NCBI GenBank assembly: GCA_039915165.1
Contig: JBDSNU010000007.1
Span: 113,812 to 177,811 of the forward strand
Direction of reading: 5' to 3'
Length of the DNA: 64,000 bases
From: Minisyncoccota bacterium
Lineage (GTDB): Bacteria; Patescibacteriota; Minisyncoccia; Phycocordibacterales; UBA9973
The notes under the pieces were generated by a model. The model worked only from the letters and a program-made list of their open reading frames with translations, was not told where the DNA came from and ran no database searches. Both the position numbers and the translations under genes were made by a program. Shown piece after piece: positions 30,868 to 41,696 of the stretch. Positions within the stretch are counted from its first letter, which is position 1. Each line of letters starts with the position of its first letter.

Positions 30868-33327
30868 CTAGAGACATGTAACTGAAGCGAGACTATCCCC
30901 AGCGCGCAACTTCATGATCGTTACTCCTTGAGTTTGTCTACCACTTGAAGGCACTGTATTCAGATCAACACGGATCACTTGTCCTTTCTTTGACATAGCA
31001 ACAAGTTCCATATCATTGAGCACTACCTTTCCTACCATCAATGCACCAGAACGCGCAGTAACTTTTGTCGTTTTGATACCTGAACCGCCACGCTTCTGAA
31101 TTTTGTATTCACTCATTGCAGTTTTTTTACCAATACCGTTAGCACTCATGGCAAGCATGAAGGTGTTTTCTTCCGTAGAAACAACATCAGCACCAATGAT
31201 GACATCTCCTTTGCCGAGCTTCATTGCGCGAACACCACCTGCAGTACGTCCCATCTCACGAATATCTGTTTCTTCAAAACGAATGGATTGACCGAGTGCT
31301 GTAGCCAAGATCACACTGTTGTCTTTTTGCACGCGAAGTACGGCTTCAAGTTCATCTCCAGCATCCAAACGAATAGCAATAATGCCACTGCGTCGAACGT
31401 CTTTGAAACTCTCGTATGAAATTTTCTTGGCAGTTCCCTGTTTTGTAATCAACATCAATGATGCTTTTTCGGCCTTGGCTTTCTTTGGTACAGCAAGAAT
31501 TGAAGTAACTCTTTCATCGGCAGACAGAGACAGGAAGTTCATAATAGACTTACCTTTTGTTGCACGCTTACCTTCTAGCAGTTCATACATTTTGATCTGG
31601 TATGCCTTACCGCGATTGGTGAAGAACAACAAGTCACTATGCGTGTCTGTCATTAATAGAATGGTAACGAAATCTTCTTCCTTTGTTTCAAGGTCGATCA
31701 CTCCTACCCCTCCACGTTTCTGGATTTTGTATTCTGTTGGATCTGTACGCTTAACGTATCCGCCTGCAGTAAATACCAATACTGAATCTTTTTCAGGAAC
31801 AAGGTCTTCATCAGAAATTGCTTTATTTCCCGCATCGATAATCTTAGTTCGGCGTTCATCGCCATACTTGTCACGAATTTCTATCAATTCATCTGAGATG
31901 ACTTTATAAATTTTCTTGGCACTTGCAAGCAATGCTTCAAGTTCAGCAATTAACAGCTGCTTCTCTTTGAGTTCAAGCTCAACAGCTTTTCGCTCCAAAC
32001 CAGCAAGCTTTTGCAAACGCATTTCCAAAATAGCAGTAGCTTGTAAGTCAGAGAATTTAAATTCTTTGATCAAGTTTACTTTTGCGAGTGCAGCGTCTTT
32101 TGACTCACGAATAATAGTAATAACACGATCGATGTGATCAAGTGCTTTCTTTAGACCGAGCAAAATATGTTCACGGTCTTTTGCCTTCGCCAAATCATAC
32201 GCAGTACGACGACGTACAACTACCTCTCGATGAGCAATGAAGTATGTCAAAATAGACTTCATTGAAAGCGTCTGCGGGATGCCGTCAACAAGTGCCACCA
32301 TGTTGTAGTGGAAACTTTGTTCTAGTTGTGTGTGTTTGTATAAAAAGTTCAATACTTTCTGAGGGTTGATACCACTCTTCAAGGTGATCACTACGCGCAT
32401 ATCCTTGGTTGAAAGTTCATCAAGCGCTTTAATACCTTCAAGTTTCTTTTCTTGAACAAGTGTTGCAATAGATTCAACAAATGTTGATTTGTTTACACGA
32501 TATGGCAAAGACGTAATGATGATTTGATATGAACCATTTTTTAGCTCAGTGATTTCTGCTTCACCACGACACACAACACCTCCACGACCTGTTGCACTGG
32601 CATGTAAAATATCAGCTTTATTAAATGCTAGACCGCCAGTTGGAAAGTCGGGTCCTTTTACGATTTCTGCCAAGTCTTCGTTGGTAGCATTATCGTTTTC
32701 GATCAAATGCAAACATGCATCAATAATTTCTGTGAGGTTGTGAGGAGCGATGTTAGTCGCCATACCAACAGCGATACCAAGGGTACCGTTCAACAAAAGG
32801 TTTGGCACAGCAGAGGGTAATACAGAAGGTTCTTTACGAGTGGAGTCATAGTTAGGACGAAAATCCACTGTGTCTTTTTCGATGTCACGCAAAAGTTCAG
32901 ATGCAATCTTTGACATACGAGCTTCGGTATAACGCATCGCAGCAGCGTTATCGCCATCAACAGAACCGAAGTTACCTTGACCTTGGATCAAAGGATATCG
33001 CATTGAGAAATCCTGTGCGAGGTTAACCATCGCATCATATACAGATGAGTCACCGTGTGGGTGATATTTACCAAGTACATCACCAACTACGGTCGCACTC
33101 TTACGGTATTTTGCTGTTGCAACCAATCCGTTTTCATACATAGAATACAAAATACGTCGGTGAACCGGCTTCAAACCATCGCGCACATCAGGCAATGCAC
33201 GGTCAGTAATAACACTCATGGCATAGTCAATAAAAGACTCGCGCATTTCTGTAACAATGTTTACAGGAACAACATTGAGGCGAGGTTCAGCTGGTGCCGC
33301 TGGGACAGTAAGTTCTTTTTTAGCCAT
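30868..33327 (-). CDS. gyrA: DNA gyrase subunit A
   Basis: [22 protein letters not shown], GyrA box QKRGGVG. Confidence 0.97.
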   Translation of the reverse strand: MAKKELTVPAAPAEPRLNVVPVNIVTEMRESFIDYAMSVITDRALPDVRDGLKPVHRRILYSMYENGLVATAKYRKSATVVGDVLGKYHPHGDSSVYDAMVNLAQDFSMRYPLIQGQGNFGSVDGDNAAAMRYTEARMSKIASELLRDIEKDTVDFRPNYDSTRKEPSVLPSAVPNLLLNGTLGIAVGMATNIAPHNLTEIIDACLHLIENDNATNEDLAEIVKGPDFPTGGLAFNKADILHASATGRGGVVCRGEAEITELKNGSYQIIITSLPYRVNKSTFVESIATLVQEKKLEGIKALDELSTKDMRVVITLKSGINPQKVLNFLYKHTQLEQSFHYNMVALVDGIPQTLSMKSILTYFIAHREVVVRRRTAYDLAKAKDREHILLGLKKALDHIDRVITIIRESKDAALAKVNLIKEFKFSDLQATAILEMRLQKLAGLERKAVELELKEKQLLIAELEALLASAKKIYKVISDELIEIRDKYGDERRTKIIDAGNKAISDEDLVPEKDSVLVFTAGGYVKRTDPTEYKIQKRGGVGVIDLETKEEDFVTILLMTDTHSDLLFFTNRGKAYQIKMYELLEGKRATKGKSIMNFLSLSADERVTSILAVPKKAKAEKASLMLITKQGTAKKISYESFKDVRRSGIIAIRLDAGDELEAVLRVQKDNSVILATALGQSIRFEETDIREMGRTAGGVRAMKLGKGDVIIGADVVSTEENTFMLAMSANGIGKKTAMSEYKIQKRGGSGIKTTKVTARSGALMVGKVVLNDMELVAMSKKGQVIRVDLNTVPSSGRQTQGVTIMKLRAGDSLASVTCL

Positions 33328-33346
33328 ATAGTAGAGGTATTATAGC

Positions 33347-33553
33347 TTATTTTGAGTGAAAAAGCGATTGTGTATCTGTTAAAAGTGTGGCGTAAGCACT
33401 GGTAATTGCCTCTTCTGGGCCACGTTCTACTTGTTGAGGACGGGTATATACGTAGATCATTATAAGTACGAGAATAATAGCAATAATACCTGTTGCAATA
33501 ACGGCATAACGCTTGCGAACATGGAGTGGCTTACCTTGTAAATATTTGATCAT
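33347..33553 (-). CDS. Small single-TM protein
   Basis: LQGKPLHVRKRY followed by a TM helix. Confidence 0.55.
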   Translation of the reverse strand: MIKYLQGKPLHVRKRYAVIATGIIAIILVLIMIYVYTRPQQVERGPEEAITSAYATLLTDTQSLFHSK

Positions 33554-33570
33554 ATTACTGAATTAAATAA

Positions 33571-34215
33571 TTATCCTTGTGGTTCAAGTAATAAAATATA
33601 TCCTTCTTTGCCATCAAGGTCTCGGCGTTTCAGTGTTGCCTTGTCTTGAGATTCATTTTTTTCTTGCCCGCCTTCTTTTAGAAATTGGTTAAGTGTAGCA
33701 GCATTGTATTCATATGGAATAACTACGTTCGGATCAAATGATAGTGCGGTCTTGTATGCTTTGGCTGCAGTAAGATCCAATGAATCACTTCCTACAGGAA
33801 CAAAAATCATATCTGCATTTGAAGCAATTTCTTTTGCATCAGGTGTCATAGTCTTATCATCCGTTAATAATCCGAGAAATGCGATCTTAATACCATCTAG
33901 TTCAAAACCGTATACAGTATTGTTGTACGTCTTCCCTTCCATTATTACAGTACTAGGTGCACCGTTAATCATTAACTCTCGCACTTCATAGTTGCCAGGA
34001 CCATCGATAACGAATGGTTCTTTGTCACCAAGAGTAACAGTATCTCCCCCATTTGTATCAATAGTGTTAGTAGTAATAAGTGCGATATCAGCCCCAAAAC
34101 GTGGCACTTTTGCAAATGCCTTCGAATCCTTGGCAGGAGGATTGATAGCGATAGTAAGATCTCCTAATGTCAGTTTAAAATAAGACTTTCCGAAATATGT
34201 GATAACCATGTCCAC
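33571..34215 (-). CDS. MBL-fold protein with degenerate metal site
   Basis: ITYFGKSYF, IDGPGNYEV, DMIFVPVG, VVIP; HxHxDH replaced by TNTIDT. Confidence 0.7.
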   Translation of the reverse strand: MDMVITYFGKSYFKLTLGDLTIAINPPAKDSKAFAKVPRFGADIALITTNTIDTNGGDTVTLGDKEPFVIDGPGNYEVRELMINGAPSTVIMEGKTYNNTVYGFELDGIKIAFLGLLTDDKTMTPDAKEIASNADMIFVPVGSDSLDLTAAKAYKTALSFDPNVVIPYEYNAATLNQFLKEGGQEKNESQDKATLKRRDLDGKEGYILLLEPQG

Positions 34216-34420
34216 ACTATACCAAAAAGAGCGGAAATAAAAAAATCACAGCGAAATGACCTTCAGAAAACCTTGCTATTTCACTCTATATACTGTATAT
34301 TTTCCTCACTCTATTGAGTATTAGTCATTCCCTTTTGGAATAACCCCCTCTGGTGCACTCAGACCTTTGGGAATCTAAAAGGTGGTTATAGCCACCTTTC
34401 GAGGTGGCAATTTTTTATTT

Positions 34421-35542
34421 ATGGATATAGAAGAAACAAAAGTAATCAACAACGATGTATCTGAAGAAGTTTCAGTACCGTCAGAACCTCACCGTGCAAT
34501 GATGGATGAGATCGTTGAAGGTCCTGTTATTGCTGTTGATAAATCAGCAATTTACATCGATCTTAAACCTTTCGGTACAGGTATCATTTATGGCCGCGAA
34601 TTCATCGCTGCTCGTGACCTGATCCGCAAGACAAACATTGGCGACATCATCAAGGCAAAAGTTGTTGATATCGAAAATGAGGACGGCTATGTTGAGCTTT
34701 CATTGAAAGAAGCAAAGCAGGCATTGATCTGGAATGAAGCAGAAATTGCTATCAAATCTAAGACAATGTTTGACCTTACTATCAAGGATGCCAACAAAGG
34801 TGGTCTTATTATTGACTGGCAGGGTGTTTCTGGATTTCTTCCAGCTTCACAGCTTAAGCCTGAACACTACCCTCGCGTAGAAGATTCTGATAAGGACAAA
34901 ATCCTTGTAGAACTTAAAAAGCTTATCGGTACTAAGTTTGCAGTGACAATGATCTCTGCTAACCCAAAGGATGGCAAGCTTATCTTCTCTGAAAAGGATG
35001 GTTCACCTGAAGAACGTCAGGAAGTAGTAAGTAAGTACAACGTAGGCGATGAACTCGACTGCGAAGTAACTGGTATCGTAGACTTCGGTGTATTCTTGAA
35101 AATCGAGGATGGCCTAGAAGGATTGGTACACATCTCTGAGCTTGACTGGGGACTTGTTGAAGACCCTCGTCAAATGTTCAAATTGAAAGACAAGGTAAAA
35201 GCTAAGATCATCGACATCAAGGATGGCAAGATCTCACTTTCAATCAAAGCATTGAAAGAAAACCCTTGGAAATCATTTGAAAGTACTTTGAAGAAAGGAG
35301 ATATCGTTAAAGGTGCTGTAATCAAATACAACAAACACGGTGCTCTCGTTTCTATCAAGGAAGGCGTAGCAGGACTTGTTCATCACTCAACATTCGGTAG
35401 TGAAGAAAAACTCCGCGAAGCACTTCAACTTGGCAAGACCTATCCTTTCACTGTGACTCTCTTTGAACCAAAAGAACAGCGTATGACTCTTGTCTGCGGT
35501 GAACAGAAAGTTGAAGAAGAAAAAACAGAAGAGGCTAAATAG
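34421..35542 (+). CDS. rpsA: 30S ribosomal protein S1
   Basis: Four S1 domains (GFLPASQL, DFGVF..GLEGLVHISEL); ATG at 34421. Confidence 0.92.
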   Translation: MDIEETKVINNDVSEEVSVPSEPHRAMMDEIVEGPVIAVDKSAIYIDLKPFGTGIIYGREFIAARDLIRKTNIGDIIKAKVVDIENEDGYVELSLKEAKQALIWNEAEIAIKSKTMFDLTIKDANKGGLIIDWQGVSGFLPASQLKPEHYPRVEDSDKDKILVELKKLIGTKFAVTMISANPKDGKLIFSEKDGSPEERQEVVSKYNVGDELDCEVTGIVDFGVFLKIEDGLEGLVHISELDWGLVEDPRQMFKLKDKVKAKIIDIKDGKISLSIKALKENPWKSFESTLKKGDIVKGAVIKYNKHGALVSIKEGVAGLVHHSTFGSEEKLREALQLGKTYPFTVTLFEPKEQRMTLVCGEQKVEEEKTEEAK

Positions 35543-35555
35543 TTTCTTACTCGTA

Positions 35556-35591
35556 ACACAAAAGCCGCCTCGTAAAGGGCGGCTTTTGTGT
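35556..35591 (+). terminator. Intrinsic terminator
   Basis: ACACAAAAGCCGCC...GGCGGCTTTTGTGT. Confidence 0.7.
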
Positions 35592-35628
35592 TTGTATGTA
35601 AGATATTTATTAAAGGAAAATAAAAGAA

Positions 35629-35727
35629 TTAATAGGGACAGTCCCCTATGTTTTTTCATAAGAAAAGACCCTTACATTAGAGGGTCATTTCTTTACGTAT
35701 TAAAGGTTTTAATAGGGACAGTCCCCT
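35629..35727. repeat. Two 19-bp direct repeats with palindromic core
   Basis: TTAATAGGGACAGTCCCCT at 35629 and 35709. Confidence 0.85.
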
Positions 35728-35770
35728 GTATTTTCTATTGCAGAAATCTTTATATTTAGATTGTTATCAC

Positions 35771-36337
35771 CTAGTTGTATTCGTTCATAATGTCCTGTGT
35801 GCTTTTGAACGGCAGTGCCTCGATGACCTTAATCGCTTTGCCTATTCCCTGATCGCGGAGCTCGTCTTCGAAGGGGGCGAAGTTTGAAAGCAAGAATGTT
35901 TCGAAACCATTTGGTGGCAAAATTTTTGATTGTAATTCTTCATGAACAGGACGAACACCAATACGGATACGTAAGAAATCTTTTGTACCAAGGTGATCGA
36001 TAACAGACTGCACACCATTGTGCCCACCAGCACCGCGCCCGAATGAACATTTAATTTCGCCAAGCGGAATATCGATGTCATCATAGACAACAACAACGGG
36101 TCCATTATGTTGCTTCACCAACATTGCTGCTGCCAAACCAGAATTATTCATAAAGGTAGTAGGTTTTGCGAGCAACAACTCTGTGCCAAAAGATGCAATC
36201 TCCGAATGAAAAAGTTTTCTCTCATTAAAATGCAGTCCTTCTAATGCTGCCATTACACTAAGTGTCATGAAGCCAACATTGTGGCGGTTGCGGACGTACG
36301 TAGTTCCAGGGTTGCCGAGCCCAATAACGATATTCAT
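35771..36337 (-). CDS. pth: Peptidyl-tRNA hydrolase
   Basis: GLGNPG, RHNVG, KPTTFMN.SG, GHNG, RIRIG. Confidence 0.96.
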   Translation of the reverse strand: MNIVIGLGNPGTTYVRNRHNVGFMTLSVMAALEGLHFNERKLFHSEIASFGTELLLAKPTTFMNNSGLAAAMLVKQHNGPVVVVYDDIDIPLGEIKCSFGRGAGGHNGVQSVIDHLGTKDFLRIRIGVRPVHEELQSKILPPNGFETFLLSNFAPFEDELRDQGIGKAIKVIEALPFKSTQDIMNEYN

Positions 36338-36384
36338 ACCGCTACTGTACCATATATTGCCATTCTGCTATACTTGCCCTAATT

Positions 36385-36996
36385 ATGGAACAAACAACAG
36401 AACACCAGACTCCCTCTCCAGAAATAGCCCCGCGGAAGACTTTTTTCCAAACTGGCCTTGGAAAGTTTATTGAAAATGTTCTTTATATCATTGGCGCAGT
36501 TATTTTTGCTGCAATTATCCAAGCGTTCCTTATTCGTCCTTTTATTGTAAGCGGTACATCAATGGACCCTGTGATCAAAAACGGTCAGTACCTTATTATT
36601 GATGAAGTAACCTACCATATCCATACACCTGAGCGTGGCGATGTGATCGTTTTCAAGGCACCACCAGAACCAAGCAAGTACTACATCAAACGTGTAATCG
36701 GCCTACCAGGAGATACCGTGAAGATCAAAGACGGTAAGGTTACTATTGTTAATACTGCACATCCAGATGGATTTACATTGAATGAACCTTATCTGACTCA
36801 CCTTTCAAACGATAATGGAACATTCGTTGTTACTCAAAATAATTACTTTGTGATGGGAGACAATCGTACTGGAAGTTACGACTCTCGATCATGGGGTATG
36901 CTGCCTATTGAAAATATCCGTGGGCGTGCAGTGCTACGACTATTACCAGTAAATACCGTAAGTGTATTACCAGGAAAAGAAACATATGAGTACTAA
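36385..36996 (+). CDS. lepB: Signal peptidase I
   Basis: GTSMDP, IKRVIGLPGD, GDNR..SYDSR. Confidence 0.95.
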   Translation: MEQTTEHQTPSPEIAPRKTFFQTGLGKFIENVLYIIGAVIFAAIIQAFLIRPFIVSGTSMDPVIKNGQYLIIDEVTYHIHTPERGDVIVFKAPPEPSKYYIKRVIGLPGDTVKIKDGKVTIVNTAHPDGFTLNEPYLTHLSNDNGTFVVTQNNYFVMGDNRTGSYDSRSWGMLPIENIRGRAVLRLLPVNTVSVLPGKETYEY

Positions 36997-38284
36997 ACCA
37001 GAACCAAAAAAATCAACTCAAGAAATCGCTAGTCCAAAAGGCATGCGTGACATTATTGGCGACGACTACTACAAATTCCAGGGCTTCTTCGAAAAAGCTC
37101 AGGAAGTAGCGGTGTACTACGGCTTCACTCCTATTGAAACTCCTATTTTAGAATATGAGAATACTTTCACACGTGCTGTTGGTGAAGGCACTGATATCGT
37201 CGATAAGGAAATGTATACTCTCAAAACTAAAGGCGGTGATCACCTGGCAATGCGCCCAGAGCACACAGCAAGCTTAGTTCGCGCATACATCGAACATGGT
37301 ATGCAGAGTTTGCCACAACCACAACTCTTTTATCACAGCGGTCCAGTATTCCGTCACGACAAACCTCAGCGAGGACGATACCGACAGTTCTATCAATTTG
37401 ACGTTGATGTTCTTGGTAATGAAAAAAGTATCATCGATGCGTTGGTTATTCGTACTATCTACACTATTTTGGAAGAAGCTGGTGCAAAAAATTTGGTAGT
37501 AAATATTAACTCAATTGGTGACAAAGAATCACGTCCTGCGTATTTGAAAGAACTGGTTGCTTATTACAGAAAACATTTGAATGACCTCCCAGCTATTGAC
37601 CAAGAACGATTGAAAACAAATCCAATGCGTATCCTAGACTCAAAGGAAGAAAAAACAAAAGAAATTAACCAAAATGCTCCTGACTCAATCAGCTTCCTTT
37701 CAACTAGTGGCAAGCGTCACTTCAAAGAAGTACTTGAATGTCTTGATCAAATGGGCATCCCTTATCAAATCGACAAGTTGCTTGTACGAGGTCTTTCATA
37801 TTACACACATACCGTATTTGAAATCATGGAAACAGATGAAGATGGTCGCACACAAACTATCGCTGCTGGTGGACGCTATGATTACCTTGGCAAAGAACTT
37901 GGTGCTAAAAAAGATCTTCCGGCTATGGGTGGGTCAATTGGTATGGACCGCATCATCGAACGTCCTTGGTTCAAAGATCTTGCTCCACGTATCATGAAGA
38001 AACCAAAAGTGTATTTCATCCAAGTTGGACTTGAAGCTAAGCTTAAAAGTTTGAATGTTATCGAAGTGCTTCGTAAGGCACATATTCCTGTAATGCAGGC
38101 ATTGTCAAAAGATTCTCTTTCAGCGCAACTTGCTGTAGCAGAAAAAGCTGGCGTTCCTTACACTATTATCTTTGGTCAGAAAGAAGCAATGGAAAACTCT
38201 GTTATGGTTCGCAACATGGATACTCGCAGTCAGGATGCTGTTCCAATCGCAGAATTGCACACCTACCTTAAGTCATTGAAGTAA
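36986..38284 (+). CDS. hisS: Histidine-tRNA ligase
   Basis: PKGMRD, RHDKPQRGRYRQF, VRGLSYY, GGRYD. Confidence 0.96.
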   Translation: MSTKPEPKKSTQEIASPKGMRDIIGDDYYKFQGFFEKAQEVAVYYGFTPIETPILEYENTFTRAVGEGTDIVDKEMYTLKTKGGDHLAMRPEHTASLVRAYIEHGMQSLPQPQLFYHSGPVFRHDKPQRGRYRQFYQFDVDVLGNEKSIIDALVIRTIYTILEEAGAKNLVVNINSIGDKESRPAYLKELVAYYRKHLNDLPAIDQERLKTNPMRILDSKEEKTKEINQNAPDSISFLSTSGKRHFKEVLECLDQMGIPYQIDKLLVRGLSYYTHTVFEIMETDEDGRTQTIAAGGRYDYLGKELGAKKDLPAMGGSIGMDRIIERPWFKDLAPRIMKKPKVYFIQVGLEAKLKSLNVIEVLRKAHIPVMQALSKDSLSAQLAVAEKAGVPYTIIFGQKEAMENSVMVRNMDTRSQDAVPIAELHTYLKSLK

Positions 38285-38285
38285 T

Positions 38286-38774
38286 ATGAAAGCTATCGTA
38301 CAAACACCTGAACCTGTGCTGCGCAAAATCGCTGCAGCAGTGCAACCTTCTGCTATTAAGAGTACATTCGTTCAAGGACTGCTCGCAGACATGAGTGATG
38401 CTATTGCTCGTGAAGAAGACGCGGTTGCTATTGCTGCACCACAGCTCGGTGAATCATTGCGCATCTTCGTTGTATCACAACGGGTAAATAAAAAGTTTGA
38501 ATCTGATTTGGTTTTTATCAACCCAGAAATTATTCGTCTTGGTAAAAACAAAACTATCATGCAAGAAGGCTGTTTGTCTGTGCGATGGAAATATGGCGAT
38601 GTGAAGCGTGCAACTACAGCCACAGTTCGCGCACTCAATGCTGAAGGTAATGAATTTGTCGTGAATGGCCGCGGACTATTAGCACAAATTTTTCAACACG
38701 AAACTGATCACCTGAATGGTATTCTATTTATCGATACTGCAAAGAATGTAGAAGATATCCCTCCTGCAAAATAA
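38286..38774 (+). CDS. def: Peptide deformylase
   Basis: AAPQLG, EGCLS, QHETDH. Confidence 0.96.
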   Translation: MKAIVQTPEPVLRKIAAAVQPSAIKSTFVQGLLADMSDAIAREEDAVAIAAPQLGESLRIFVVSQRVNKKFESDLVFINPEIIRLGKNKTIMQEGCLSVRWKYGDVKRATTATVRALNAEGNEFVVNGRGLLAQIFQHETDHLNGILFIDTAKNVEDIPPAK

Positions 38775-38808
38775 ATAACGGGAGCTAAGCTCCCGTTATT
38801 TATTTTGC
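38766..38808. terminator. Long-stem terminator
   Basis: GCAAAATAAATAACGGGAGC-TAA-GCTCCCGTTATTTATTTTGC. Confidence 0.75.
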
Positions 38809-38849
38809 TAAGCAACACACATTCATACGATTGTGTTATCATTTATCAT

Positions 38850-39701
38850 ATGAATTACCGCTACGTATTTTTCGGAACGCCCCATATTGCAGCGCTGACA
38901 CTACAAGGTCTGAAAGATAAGGGATTGTTGCCTAGTTTGATCGTTACGGCTCCTGCACGCCCTCAGGGACGCGGTATGCACATGATTGAGACACCAGTGG
39001 CTACATTTGCAGCTATACACAATATCCCGGTTATTAGTCCTGAAAAGATTACCTCAGAAGTTATTGAGGATTTAAAAAACCGAGGTCCTTGGGATTTCTT
39101 TTTCGTCGTAGCCTATGGCAAAATCCTGCCAACTTCCCTCTTAGAAATTGTTGATAACAAAGTATTGAATCTTCACCCGTCACTTCTCCCTCTTTACCGC
39201 GGACCATCACCACTAGAGTCAGTACTGCTCAGTGATGACAAAGAAACTGGTGTAAGTATCATGGAGCTTGATGCTCTAGTGGATCATGGACCGGTAGTTG
39301 TTCAGTCATCTTTTACACTCGAACCTTCTACCACTGTAGATGCACTAACAGAAGAAAGTGCACGCATCGGTAGTGAACTTTTTGTAAATAACATTGAAGC
39401 GTATTTAAATAAAACTATTACTCCTACGGAGCAAGATCATGATACTCACACTCATACTCGCAAGTACATCAAAGCTGATGGATTGATCACTGACGATATG
39501 TCGCACTGGACTAAATGGAAAACATTTCGTGCATTGGGCAATCGCGGCTGGGTACATTTCATCACCGAGAAGCATGGTGAATCGTTGCAGATAAAAATAA
39601 CAAAAGCCTCATACCAGGATGAGACTTTTGTTATCGATGAAGTTATTCCGGAAAATGGTAAGCGTCAGTCGTATACTGATTTCTTACATTCCCTTAACTA
39701 A
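38850..39701 (+). CDS. fmt: Methionyl-tRNA formyltransferase
   Basis: FFGTP, VAYGKIL, NLHPSLLPLYRG. Confidence 0.93.
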   Translation: MNYRYVFFGTPHIAALTLQGLKDKGLLPSLIVTAPARPQGRGMHMIETPVATFAAIHNIPVISPEKITSEVIEDLKNRGPWDFFFVVAYGKILPTSLLEIVDNKVLNLHPSLLPLYRGPSPLESVLLSDDKETGVSIMELDALVDHGPVVVQSSFTLEPSTTVDALTEESARIGSELFVNNIEAYLNKTITPTEQDHDTHTHTRKYIKADGLITDDMSHWTKWKTFRALGNRGWVHFITEKHGESLQIKITKASYQDETFVIDEVIPENGKRQSYTDFLHSLN

Positions 39702-40037
39702 TCGTTTCAATGTTGCTGCTCCTCGACGGAACAATGTTTGTGAGCGCGCTTTACCCCCTTTGATTTCTCGAATTATTTCAGTGCGAACATCATCGATTGC
39801 TTCATAGAGATCAGTCTTTTCAGATGAAGCATTGTATTGCTTTCCTAAAGGCGTTGTAACATTTACTTCAGCTTTGTACACGTCACCATTTTTGTGATGC
39901 ATGGTAGTTTTGCCAATTTCAACGGCGATAATACAGTCGCCTTCAGTGTATTTGGTAATACTACTAAGACGCTTCTCTGTATAATCTGTTAATGCGGGAG
40001 TAAGTTCTATTAGGGTACTTTTTATACTTATGCTCAT
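39684..40037 (-). CDS. hpf: Ribosome hibernation factor HPF/RaiA
   Basis: ELTPALTDY.EKRL, DLYEAID. Confidence 0.88.
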   Translation of the reverse strand: MSISIKSTLIELTPALTDYTEKRLSSITKYTEGDCIIAVEIGKTTMHHKNGDVYKAEVNVTTPLGKQYNASSEKTDLYEAIDDVRTEIIREIKGGKARSQTLFRRGAATLKRLVKGM

Positions 40038-40063
40038 ATACCCTATTATACTCCATTAATGGA

Positions 40064-41131
40064 TTATTTCTTCCACGCAGTAGGAGCTGCGAGAGTTTTG
40101 CCACTCTTCACCATATCAGCTTCTGTTTCAACGATCACTTCTGCCATGATTGAAACTGCTTCAACAGCGAATTCACCGAGTGAACTTTCTTCTGAAAGCA
40201 TTGTTGCATCTGCACCTGAGTATACAGCGTTTGCAATGTCAGAAACTTCAGCACGTGTTGGCACTGGAGCCTTGATCATTGATTCAAGCATTTGAGTTGC
40301 AACGATAACTGGCTTACCTACTGCATTACACTTTTCGATAAGCATCTTTGTTACTGCTGGAACTTTTGCATGTCCGATCTCAACAGCAAGGTCACCGCGA
40401 GCTACCATAACGATATCTGTAGCAGCAATGATTTCATCAATTTTTTCTACTGACTCGGGAGTTTCGATCTTTGCAACGATTGGCTGACTGCCACCGTGCT
40501 GTGTGATCAATGCGCGAAGTTCTTCAATATCTTTTGCTGTACGAACGAATGAAAGAGCGATAAAGTCCACACCCATTTTCACTGCGAATTCTAGATCGCC
40601 TTTATCCTTTTCTGTTAGAGCAGAAATAGTAAGGAATGCATTTGGAAGATTCACTCCACGACGTCCTTTGATAACACCCCCAACTTCAACTGTTGTGTAC
40701 ATGTCACCGTTTTCAACCTTGTCTACCACAAGCTTGCGACGACCATCATCGAGCATGATCACCTGCCCTGGCTTCATTTCTGAAACGATTTCTGGGAAGT
40801 TGAAAAATACTTTGTTTACATCACCTTCACATGGAGTTGTTGAAAGGATGAACTGAGCACCAGGAACGAGTTCAACTGGGCCATTAGCAAAGTCACCGAT
40901 ACGGATCTTTGGACCAGAGAGGTCAAGCAAGATTTCGATAGGCATACCAGCTTCAGCAGCACCTGCACGAATGTTTTCGATGCGAGCCTGGTGAATAGTT
41001 TGGTCATCATGACTCATATTTGTACGAGCAATGTTTACACCAGCCTTTAACAGCTTAGTGAAGTTTTCTTTTGATTCTGATCCTGGACCAATAGTGGCCA
41101 CGATTTTTGTTTTTCTAGCAATTTGTGACAT
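40064..41131 (-). CDS. pyk: Pyruvate kinase (no C-terminal domain)
   Basis: KTKIVATIGP, AKIE, ARGDL, TQMLES, PTRAE. Confidence 0.95.
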   Translation of the reverse strand: MSQIARKTKIVATIGPGSESKENFTKLLKAGVNIARTNMSHDDQTIHQARIENIRAGAAEAGMPIEILLDLSGPKIRIGDFANGPVELVPGAQFILSTTPCEGDVNKVFFNFPEIVSEMKPGQVIMLDDGRRKLVVDKVENGDMYTTVEVGGVIKGRRGVNLPNAFLTISALTEKDKGDLEFAVKMGVDFIALSFVRTAKDIEELRALITQHGGSQPIVAKIETPESVEKIDEIIAATDIVMVARGDLAVEIGHAKVPAVTKMLIEKCNAVGKPVIVATQMLESMIKAPVPTRAEVSDIANAVYSGADATMLSEESSLGEFAVEAVSIMAEVIVETEADMVKSGKTLAAPTAWKK

Positions 41132-41179
41132 AATTTTTTGGGTTATTTGAAATAATTAAAAGCAGTGTAGTATAGCCTT

Positions 41180-41470
41180 ATGGGCAAGATTTTGGCAATA
41201 GTCTTTTTAATACTGTTTATATGGGTAGCGATACCTCATATTGCAAAGGGCGAATGGATCGCCCCGACTGCTATTGCGCCTAACTCTTGGCTAGCAGGCA
41301 ATTCTTATAATAACCAGCTAGCAAATGCGTCCTTTGGCGCGCCGGAGGTATCGAAGGCGGCTGCTTCACCTGTTCAAGGATATGGCTGGTTCCATTTCGA
41401 CTTCTGGAAACATGACCCCTCTGCTCCAGGCCGCGTGGTAACCAAAAGCGACTTTTCCCTACGACTATAG
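41180..41470 (+). CDS. Hypothetical exported protein
   Basis: Signal-like N-terminus. Confidence 0.5.
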   Translation: MGKILAIVFLILFIWVAIPHIAKGEWIAPTAIAPNSWLAGNSYNNQLANASFGAPEVSKAAASPVQGYGWFHFDFWKHDPSAPGRVVTKSDFSLRL

Positions 41471-41564
41471 CCAGCACCAAAAATCGTTGAAATCGTAAAT
41501 AAATAATGCTATAGTGCAGTGCACTTTATTCCCTTCCTGAGGGACAAAGCCTGTCACACAATAT

Positions 41565-41636
41565 TCCCCTGTAGCTCAGCGGTAGAGCGGTCGCCTGTTA
41601 AGCGATTGGCCGTAAGTTCGAATCTTACCGGGGGAG
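41565..41636 (+). tRNA. tRNA-Asn(GTT)
   Basis: TCCCCTG/CGGGGGA acceptor, GTCGC-CTGTTAA-GCGAT, TTCGAAT. Confidence 0.95.
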
Positions 41637-41696
41637 CTAAGTGTTTATCGTGAAAGTGACCTATCCGCGTCCGGATAAGCCATTTTCTAGCGAGTT

